A stretch of DNA of 64,000 bases from NCBI GenBank assembly GCA_040954595.2, contig CM082589.2:11420894-11484893 (forward strand), written 5' to 3'. The position numbers were made by a program, and so were the translations under genes. This DNA comes from Balanoglossus misakiensis (lineage: Eukaryota; Animalia; Hemichordata). Below, in pieces: positions 1 to 9,861 of this stretch. The notes beneath the pieces are model-generated. The model was not told where the DNA came from. It saw only the letters and a list, made by a program, of their open reading frames with translations, and made no database searches. Positions within the stretch are counted from its first letter, which is position 1. Each line of letters opens with the position of its first letter.

Positions 1-1877
1 AGGAGACTTTCACCAGTTGCAGTAAAATACAACCTGACTACACTATATGCACCAATGAGAATGGCCGTGTAATTCAGAGTGCTTGTTATTAAAACTGTTT
101 CAAAGCTGTGGCCTTTACTGCTGATAATTAGGTTACCATAGATACAAGTGGAATGGAACCGGACAGGGATAAACATACAAAGGCTAGGTTAACCCCCCCC
201 CCCATACTACCACAGAGGGCGCTATACTGATCATCAAGTCTGTACCATTGAAATAAATCTGTGCAGATTGGGTAAATTAGGCATTTGGTTCTTCAGATTT
301 TCATAAGTTGCACTAAAATGCTATGTGGCCCACTACAAGGACAAATAAGTCAAAAATGGCAAATTTGACGTTTACTTTGAGGTTGGCATGGGGCAAACGA
401 GACAATACAAGAACACTGAAACTCAATTAGTGAAACACTAAAGTTGTACTTTATTTCTCTAACAAACTTAGAGAAAATTTACATGGCCATCTTTTTACTC
501 AGAGACCTGATGTTGAATAGAAATGTGGTAGTGCAGGTCCACATGAGTGCCGTGTACTAGCCTCTCTCTCTGCAAATCCATCCACAACTTGCATGCAGAT
601 AGTGGGAGTCTGATGTAAGCAACTACTGCAGTTACAGTCAGGACGTAAGTGGGATAATTAAACAGCAGGGGATCATGCAATGCAAACACTTGAACTGGCC
701 AGTAACGTTTGAATTGCTCATTTGCATACAGTTTTTCAACTTTTTTCACAACGAAAGTTAAGCAACTAGCAACCCATTTCTGACAATTATTTCACCCCAG
801 GCACATTACTGGTACTATGAGTGTACTACATGTGATTTTTCATGAAGTTTTATCGAGAAGAATTTCTTTACTTCCACTGACAAAATTGTGATCACGAAAT
901 TCAAAGTGACCTTGAAGTTACAAAAAAAAATATCAGCCATACCCACACAAAAATTAACCCCCTCAGGTTTTAGAAACATTATTAAACTCCTCTATTCATA
1001 ATTTTGACATGAATATATCCATGCCGAGAGTCAAGGACCACAATTTACTGTGCCATAGGTCAGTCCTGAGAAGTCAGTCAGCGTGAATAGTGTATAGACT
1101 CCGTATGTAATATGCTAATGAGAGATAACGACGCGTTGAAAAGGAAGCCATTACGTCATGGGTTAACATGCGTTGACCTACTTCAATGCATACACATATG
1201 GCAAACACGGCTGTACTCGTCGATGGCGAAGGCAATTTTTACACCGTCATTACCCCACAACGGAGCGGCTCACACTATTATAATTTCACGGTAACTTAGT
1301 TCAATATCTTCCTAACCTACCCAATTTTTTTCAAGACAAGAAATCTTTGCCGAGAGTCAAGGACCACAATTTAAACCAACATACCGAAACTGTCTTTCTC
1401 GGGAAAGCGTCGTTAAAACTTCACGAAAAATCATCCTATCATTGACTATGGTGTTTCATACACGTCTTAGAAAAAACGGGTGCACTACGATCACTTGTAG
1501 TACCGAAAATCTCCGTTTGAACATTTTTCGAACTGGCCGTAACTGCCACTCAGCGACTTTCACATTCAAATAGATCTCTTTGATCTCACCGCCGTAATTA
1601 CCCCACTTACGTCCTGACTGGTTAATACTTAGAAAGTGTATTACCTCCAACACCCCATGGACGGTATCATGTCATCACCAGTAGCTATAGGTTCTTTTAA
1701 CACCTTGAGAGAAAAAAATGGATTGTTACTGATAGATTACAAAGCACTGACAATACAAGAGGGGGAGGGGTAAGGTTTGTTGAGAGCAGTTGTTTTTTGC
1801 TAAACATTAGTGAAAATATGAAATTATTGACATGTAGGATTTCAATTTTATGATGTAAGAGTATTTTATAATATCTC

Positions 1878-2050
1878 ACCGGGACTTCAGTTGTCGCTGT
1901 AGTATTTAACCCAAGTTTAACTGTGCCACCCACGTCCATGCATGGCAAGGTTTTCTCTCCCAAAAGTTTCAGTTTGGTATCCCAGTTACCATCAGTTGCA
2001 CTTACTCCACGCCTTCTAAGTTGAATGCGATTTACCATCACAGGATTCAT
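1878..2050 (-). pseudogene. Degenerate inverted copy of OB-fold gene exon C
   Basis: Minus-strand translation ..DGNWDTKLKLLGEKTLPCMDVGGTVKLG-LNTTATTEVP then GTGAGA donor, homologous to 6467-6673 (DGTRDAEVNLWGEKTALPLDVGATVKLG..LNTTATTEVE). Ends approximate. Confidence 0.7.
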
Positions 2051-2519
2051 ACTGTGGTGCAAAGACAATTAAAAACATCGATTGTAAGTCATTTAGTAGT
2101 GATACCATTGTGACCAAACCTCGTTTTAAAATACATGTAATCTGTACTCGAAACTATCATTTTTTTCTTTCTAGAATATTAGAACGCGCTCAAAAATAAA
2201 AATGCGACCTGTAAGCGAGTGCCGCGTTTCAATTGGTACTGACGATAAACACCGCCACTCGGAGATAAAATCAACGTTTTTTTTTTTTAATGCAAGTGAA
2301 CGCATGGAGGCGGCCATATTGAATTTAGGTTACATCCCAAGACATTCCGACTGGTCTTCAGGTGGATTCGGGAAAGGTCTCTAAAACATAATCGGTCATC
2401 CAATTTTGTATACTAAATTTCTAAAAATGTAGGACATGGGAGGTTAACATACCCACAATGACTACACACAAAAAAGGGCCCAGGCGTTTCGGGGTGCGAT
2501 TGTTACGTACCTTAGCTCC

Positions 2520-2772
2520 ATCATCTGCAACCATGCAGCCAAGGCGTGGCAGTGAAATTGTGCCTCATTGAGGATACAGTCTAGATCCGGAATTCAGCCA
2601 ACGGCAAACTGTTTAGCGTGCCTTGTATGCAGCAGGATGGCAACGTTCTGGAAGTTAAATTCTGGAAAGAAAATCCGAAATAGCTGAACAGATAACAGAA
2701 GAGAGAATACATACAGCTCCGCAACTTTTCCACTGGAAGATATAACACCATTTGCCTCTATGATAGAGCAAA
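2520..2772 (+). pseudogene. Degenerate copy of OB-fold gene exon A
   Basis: Near-copy of ~5800-6049 with TGG changed to TAG (aatccgaaaTAGctg); ends AAG|GTATGT. Confidence 0.75.
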
Positions 2773-3202
2773 GGTATGTTATAATCGCACCCCGAAACTT
2801 ATGGGCCTTTTTTTTGACGTAGTCATTTCGGGTATCTTAACCTCCCATCTTCTACATTTTTAGAAATTTACTCTACAAAATTGAATGACCCATTACATTT
2901 TAGAGACCTTTCCCGAATTCAACCGAAGCCTAATCGGAAGGTCTTCGGATGTAATCCAATATGGCAGCCTCCATGCGATCACGTACATTGAAAATCCATT
3001 GATTTCATCGCCGATTACCGATGTTTATCGTCAATACCGATTCAAACGCGGCACTCGTTTACAAGTCGCATTTATTTTTGATCGCGTTCCAATATTTTAA
3101 ACAAACTAGATTACTGATAAAAATGCTCAAAATTTTTCCTCCAAATGCCACCTTTACGGATTCAGTCACACAACTTACAGACTACGCCAAACTTTTTTCC
3201 AG

Positions 3203-3343
3203 ATCATACCTTGCGGGCGTAAAGCGATGGATATACCTGAAAAATTGGTAACAGAATTGTATCATCCGCCACAAATAATGATATCAGAAGTCGAGATATC
3301 TCCACAGAAGAAGAGGGTGTGCGTTGTAGGAAAAGTCCATGAT
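3203..3343 (+). CDS. OB-fold gene exon B (linker plus first strand of second OB fold)
   Basis: ttttttccAG|ATC...GAT|GTGAGT, 141 nt, phase 0-0, IIPCGRKAMDIPEKLVTELYHPPQIMISEVEISPQKKRVCVVGKVHD; joins exon A and exon C in frame. Confidence 0.6.
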
Positions 3344-3371
3344 GTGAGTACTGTCAAATGTTGCACAAATA

Positions 3372-5776
3372 GCCGTTAAACCTGAAATATAGATTGAAAG
3401 TGGATATTGTTTTACACAATTTTTGAACATTGAAGTAAAGTATTAGAATGATGGAATCCGATAAAAAAGTGAGTTGGTAATTTCGGCATCCGACTTCGTT
3501 ATTAAAAATGGAAAGGTTTGCGATTCGGTTCAAGTAGTATTTGCAAGTTTGAAAGGAAATATTTCATTGAAGTACAGTGGCAACTACTGCATTATTGAGA
3601 ATCTTTGAAATGTTGATGAACGGAGACTTATAATAGAATAAATGAAAACCTACCTTTAACGGTGTTAGGGTTACTACACCTGACAGACCGCTGGTCTGCG
3701 TCCGACCGATTCTGAGCTCCTAGCTCTTGTGGAGACATGCGGAGGTACAGCGGGTTAACGGTTAGGAAGTGTTGATGAAAGGAATGATTAATTACATAGG
3801 CCAATCAGGATCCTGGAGTTAGATATTCGAGTGAAATGGTGGAAAAACGGGAATGCCGATTGGTTCAATTTAACCGGAGGGAAATTGCTACATTATATGA
3901 CGTCAGTTGCGAACGATAATGCATATATTAAGCTAAGGTTGAATCCGGTTTTTCCATCAAGCACAAGCATATTTCAGTCATAAAAAAAACGAAGAGAATA
4001 ACACTAAAAAAATATTTCCTTTTTAAAAACTTCACTATAGCATTATTATAATGATGTACGTCGTACATAAAATGATACACGTGACATCGACTTGTTCAGA
4101 GTTTTAAAACAGGTAGAGAGTGCCCATGGGTAACCCGAAAACACACAAACCGGGTAAAAAATGAAAGTCCTGCGAAGGCCAGGAGTATACACTGAAAAAT
4201 TACAATAAATCTAGTACAAAGGTTTGTATCCTCACGAATAATTAACTCTGATTGCATAAGTTTATTTCCGTCTCATTACCTTCTGAAAGCAAATCACTCA
4301 CTTGCCGGTAAAAGTTGAGTAAAATACTACATCTAAACTGCATAGCGATGGCGGCCCATAAAAATAATTGCCCAGTGTCCCACTCGCAATGCACAACTTT
4401 TTAGGCCAAGTGCTAATGATATTCGAATTTTCGAAGGTTACGCAATATACACATACATGTATAAATATTAATTTATGAACAATTTCCAGTGTTCACGCTG
4501 GGATTTCTTTCGTTCTAGTTTACTCGTTATATAATGTACCAATTCCCTCCGGTAAGTTGAGCCGATTCCCATCACTTTGAGCCAATCGATATTCATGGTT
4601 TTTCAGCATTTCAGTCGACTATATTTACACCTGTTGCATGTCTTTGCAGTTTTTGACTTGACGCTTACAACCGAGTCGCACCGCACGCAGTACTTTGTTG
4701 TTGTCTTCATGTTTAGTTGTTGTTTTGCGCACACTATTTGCACAAAAATATCTGCTCGTTTTGTTATCAACGATCGAGTATATGTTAGGAAGTCCGACAT
4801 AGAGAACTTTGTTCTAAATATTCAATGCCCCACAAATGATATACTACACTGCTCGACACAACACACCCCAGCCATACTCCATTAGTACACGCCACAAACA
4901 CCGTATTTATACAGCCTGAGGGATTTCAGCTTCGAACTTATTGCCCAATCATATTCGACTATTTCCAACCAATCCCCTTCTGACTAATTGACCAATCACA
5001 CGCTTCGAGCATAATTTCCAAAAAAGGGAAAACTAACGAATTTGCTACATCTTTCCGGTTTCATCTTCAACAGTTTCTAACATTTTTTTGGACCCCCTCC
5101 CCCTCGATAAACACCCATACTCAAAGGGTAACTTCATTTAATTGTCAGTAAATAAAATCAATTCACAGTCTTATTACATGTACTATTTATAATATACTCA
5201 AATTTCCACTACAAAATATCTGTATATGTGCGTTAAATTCTGAAATCTTTCCACCCAAACCTCTAGTTATGCAAATTTAAATTGCTGTCTGTTGCGTTCG
5301 CCTACGGTTTCTCGAGCTCATTTTCGGACATTCGAATCTAACTCCTGATTGGCCTATAAACTTATTTCTTTCATCAACACTTTCTAACCGTTAACCCGCT
5401 GTACCTCCGCATGTCTCCACAAGAGCTAGGAGCTCAGAATCGGATGAACGAGACAAGCGGTCTCTCACGTTTAGTAACCGTAACACCGTTAAAGGTAGGT
5501 TTTCATTGATTCTAATAAGTCTCCGTTCATCAACATTTCAAAAATTCTCCATAACCCAGTAGTTGCCACTGTGCTTCAATGAAATATTTCCTTTCAAACT
5601 TGCAAATGGTAACCGAATCTCAAATCGCAAATCTTTCCATTTTTAATAACGAAGTCGGATGCCGCAATCACCAACTCACTTTTTTATCGGACTCCATCAT
5701 TCTAATACTTTACTTCAATGTTCAAAAATTGTGTAAAACAATATCCACTCTCAATCTATTTTTCAGGTTTAACGGC
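3372..5776. repeat. ~440-bp inverted repeat pair (3372-~3820 and ~5335-5776), upstream region of the OB-fold gene
   Basis: gccgttaaacctgaaatatagattg at 3372 is the reverse complement (1 mismatch) of caatctatttttcaggtttaacggc ending at 5776; similarity continues through ctcttgtggagacatgcggaggtacagcgggttaacgg. Confidence 0.9.
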
Positions 5777-5779
5777 GTT

Positions 5780-6049
5780 ATGGCATCCCCGGCTCCCGGT
5801 CCCTCATCCCCAACCAGCCAAGGCGTTGCACTGAAATTGCGCCTCATGGAGGATGTCGAGATCCGGAATTCCGCCAACGGGAAACTGTTTAGCGTGCCTT
5901 GTATGCAGCAGGATGGCAACGTTCTGGAACTTAAATTCTGGAAAGAAAATCCGAAGTGGCTGAACAGATTACAGAAGGGAGAATACGTACAGCTCCGCAA
6001 CTTTTCCACTGGAAGAGATAATACCATTTGCCTCTATGATAGAGCAAAG
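5780..6049 (+). CDS. OB-fold gene exon A (RPA-like ssDNA-binding fold)
   Basis: Acceptor tttttcAG at 5766, ATG 5780, ..VPCMQQDGNVLELKFWKENPKWLNRLQKGEYVQLRNFSTGRDNTICLYDRAK|GTACGT; the D-G..l.l.fW......l..G..v.l.n pattern is typical of OB folds. Confidence 0.65.
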
Positions 6050-6466
6050 GTACGTTATAATCGCACCCCGTAACTTATGGGCCTGACTTTTTTTTTGCCG
6101 TAGTCATTTTGGGTATCTTAACCTCCCATCTTCTACATTTTTAGAAATTTACTCTACAAAATTGAATGACCCATTACATTTTAGAGACCTTTCCCGAATT
6201 CAACCGAAGCCCAATGGGAAGGTCTTCGGATGTAATCCAATATGGCAGCCTCCATGCGATCACGTACATTGAAAATCCATTTATATGATACAACCATGCC
6301 TTGTCAACTCACCTCGGGTCAAAATTACTGCCATCGATTCATCATTTTGCAGTTCAAATTTTAAAAAGCAACTGACAAAAAACAACCACTCTTGCACTAT
6401 TTCTCCACAACATTTACTACTCGTAATTATTAACATTCAATGTTTTCCATTTTATTTCCACTACAG

Positions 6467-6673
6467 TATGAATCAGTGACACATACATCGAATTCTACAA
6501 AGAGACGTAAACTGACCATAACTGATGGCACAAGAGATGCTGAAGTCAACCTTTGGGGTGAGAAAACAGCGCTGCCACTGGATGTAGGTGCCACAGTTAA
6601 ACTAGGCCCATTGGTTATCAACAGATATAAAACATCGTCCACATTAAATACAACAGCGACAACTGAAGTGGAG
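6467..6673 (+). CDS. OB-fold gene exon C
   Basis: ctacAG|TAT..GAG|GTGAGA, phase 0-0; KRRKLTITDGTRDAEVNLWGEKTALPLDVGATVKLGPLVINRYKTSSTLNTTATTEVE matches the RPA-type OB motif (l.D.T..i.v.LWGe.a..l..G..v.l). Confidence 0.7.
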
Positions 6674-6689
6674 GTGAGACATAAAATAC

Positions 6690-8110
6690 TGTTCCTGATG
6701 CTCCGTGAGAACTGTCAAGTAGCCACGGTTCTAGGCGACATAGGATGGATGTCCACGGTACGGGAGGAGGCCATGCATGTATACGGGAAGGAAAAGACCG
6801 AAGCCAACCTGCCCGTACCATCCGACGCAGCCATAAAAACCTGCACACTACCTCGGGAGTTCAATCCAGGCCGCGTACGTGGGGGATTCGTTGGCCATAT
6901 CTCCCCGCAAGAGCCCACAAGAACCACCACCGCAGCTGACGACCTGGAGGAAACTTTGAGCATCTTCCGGGATCCGCAGCTGGAAAAACAGGTACTCGGT
7001 GGCGACAAGGACCAGGCGATGGAGGTGTCGGAAGGGCCAGACCCACCCCGCACCCGTGTATCACCCCCAATAGCAGTAGCGAGAGACGGGGGAAACCAAC
7101 GGCTGCTGCAGGAGCCATCACCCCCACGCCAAGAAATGCTGCCGCTGCAGTCACTGATCAACCCATTGGAGCTGGAGGCGACGTTGGAGGCGGGGGAATA
7201 TCTAATCCCCTGGGAACTTCGACGCCACCCCGGCAGCCCTACTAGGTCCAGATCCCCAACCCGGTCGCCGCGACCGGAGCGTTCTCGAGAGGAAAGGCGG
7301 GACCGCCCACCTTCCCGTTAACGACCATCCTTTTCACGCTGGGGAGATCTCAGCCCCAGACGTCGATCACCGATCCGGTTTCCGACGCCGGAACCGCCCA
7401 AAGAAGACGAAGGCCGCTGGAGGAGCGCCAGGCCGGCCCGAAGGAGCCCCCTATCCTCTGTTCCACATTACTCATCAGGCCCTTCTCCATGTCCGTTCCC
7501 GGGAGGCCGGAGGTCCACGCGCAAACTGAAGAAACACGCCTTTCAGTGCCACCTTCCAGTTATTTTTACTGAGAAGCCGGTAGTATTCCGCGAGCGGGAC
7601 GCGGTGGAGGCGTTAGAGAAACTCACCTATACTGGCTGTGTGGTCCAGGAAATGAAATACCCGACCTGCTAGACTTCTATATCCGCAGGGGCGGACCTGG
7701 ACGGATCCCTACGGAATCCTTTTGTTCACCGGAGTCCATGGTGATGATGAAGCGCCTGTGCGTCTTCCGGGGGTGGGAGGTGCCGAACAGGTTCCGACTG
7801 AGCTCCCCCACCACACCAGCGATTCTCATCCACTGGCGTGTCCTTAGCATACTGCTGAGGTGGGTATCCCAATCACGACAGGAAGAATTCCGGGAAATCC
7901 GACCTCACCGGAAAACATCATCAATCCGGACACAGCAACCAGAGAGGACGGGGGCGGAAGCAGTCGCACAGAATCCATCGACGCAGGGGGAGCGAGGACG
8001 CGCCAGGGGTTTTTGATGCATTTTTTATCCCCCAAGCGTGCGCGGAGGAGTGCCGAGTGGAAGACGCGCCCACCACCATAGATGACCTCACTGACTACGA
8101 TGTTGGTGTC
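6690..8110 (+). pseudogene. GC-rich frameshifted coding relic, probably retroelement-derived (Ser/Arg/Pro-rich segment followed by a globular domain)
   Basis: Abrupt GC rise 16 nt into the exon C intron; open frames 6690-7321 (RSRSPTRSPRPERSR) and 7738-8016 (FRLSSPTTPAILIHWRVLSILL). Family not identified. Confidence 0.4.
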
Positions 8111-8115
8111 CCCCC

Positions 8116-8319
8116 TGTTATGTTTCCATCAACATGGGAATAATAATGCGATCATAAGGTATAACAACAACCTATTTATTGATCGGCTGAAAAGACTCAA
8201 CAATGTGCTTCGCCTTATCTGGGCGGAAGTGACATCGTACAGCAATTCATAAACAAGTGGAACACCAACAATGCAACACTAGAGGGCGCTATATTGATCG
8301 TAGCTGTCAGAATACTACA
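8116..8319 (-). repeat. 3' LTR
   Basis: tgttatgtttcc...gaatactaca; one mismatch (8234 A vs 12919 G) against 12801-13004. Confidence 0.97.
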
Positions 8320-8332
8320 TCCCCTCTTCTTT
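8320..8332 (-). other. Polypurine tract
   Basis: Minus strand AAAGAAGAGGGGA directly abutting the 3' LTR. Confidence 0.9.
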
Positions 8333-8538
8333 AAGATAAATTGTTTCAAAACTCTTTTTGAATACGAATGTCACTGTGAATTGTCCTGTGCAAACTCTGC
8401 ATTCATCTTGAATCAGTCTTTGTCAAAATCAAACGCAACGAACATGAAAAATACTCTGGGAAAAATGTGATAAATTTTCCTCTGTATAACTCAACTTTCT
8501 GTGGAACAAATGGCATATCTCAATATCAGAAAAAGCTA

Positions 8539-9861
8539 TCAATCAGTCACATAATCTTTGTATCGAGACGGCTTTTGTATATTTGTTCTGGTTCGTGTTG
8601 ATCTCAACGATTCTTGGGCTGGTGACGCTGGCATTGCGGGTTGTTGAGGCGGTGTTCCGTCTGTGACTGCTGGTGCAATATTGTGTTGATCCATCCCTGT
8701 CTGTGCTGGTTTCAGTTCTGCGCTGACTGGTTTCATGTGGATCCTGTTGCGTCGCATTTGTTTCCCGTTGTCTAACTTCACGGTGTAGGACCTAGGTGTG
8801 TTTGCTGGGGCTACAACTCTCGCTGGACTCCATGTTTTGCTGATTGGGCTTTGTACATGGACTTGTTGACCTGTCAGCAATTATGGTAGTTGTCTGGAGT
8901 GCTGGTCGTGGCTGGAAGTCTGGGCCTGCTGTTGAGATGTCAGGTATTGACGAACTTCCTCCCCGTTTCTTGCTGGGTGAATTTTGGCTGGGAGAGTTGT
9001 CTTGTATGCTCTGCTGTTCAGCAACTCAGCTGGTGATGGTATGTTGGACTTCAATGGAGTCGCGCGAAGTGCCAACAATGCTAGATTCGGATCATCTCCG
9101 GACTCTTTGCACTTCATCAGGATGTTCTTCACGGTCTGTACATGTCGCTCGATAAAACCGTGCCCTTTGGGATAGTATGGTGATGATGTGACTATCGCAA
9201 AACCATACTTCTCAGTTAGGCTGTGGAAGTCTCTAGCTGTAAACTGAGATCCGTTGTCACAAACTAGTTTCTCGGGTATTCCTTGCTCTGCAAATAGAAT
9301 TCGGAGGGCTCTCATAATGGTACTGGCTCTGAGGTCTTCAAGTTTCCTAATGAAGGGGAACTTGGAGTAGTAGTCAGCAACTATCATGTACCATGTTTGG
9401 TTCACGTAGAATAGGTCTGCTCCAATTGTGTGCCACGGTCGTGGTGGAATTTCCATTGGAATCATCGGTTCCTTCTGCTGGGAATTCTGGAATTTCTGGC
9501 ACGCGTTGCATCCTGTTACTAGTCTCTCTATATCTTTACAAATTCCAGGCCAGTACACGCTGGATCTGGCTCTCAGCTTGCATTTCTCGATCCCCAGGTG
9601 ACTGCTATGAATGCGTTGTAGCATTTCATCTCTCATTACTGCTGGTATGAGGAGTCGGCTGCCTATCAGGATAATACCATCTTCGATAGCGATATCGTCT
9701 CGAATAGACCAGTAGGGTCGAATATCAGCGTGAATGTCCTTGATGCTATCTGGCCATCCTTTCAGGACTTGCTCGATCAATAATTGAAGAATTTCATCTT
9801 TGGTAGTTTCTTCTTTGATCTCCATCTGTCTCATTGGTGTGATCTTCACCAGGTGGTGTAT
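8539..9861 (-). pseudogene. pol: Integrase portion of pol (HHCC zinc finger, DDE core, C-terminal tail), in frame with gag-pol but separated by TAG 9862-9864 and interrupted by TAA 8881-8883
   Basis: HSSHLGIEKC..CNAC, IGADLF, VCDNGSQF, GFIERHVQTVK; reads MKV*IHHLVKITP and QLP*LLTGQQV in a single frame. Confidence 0.9.
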
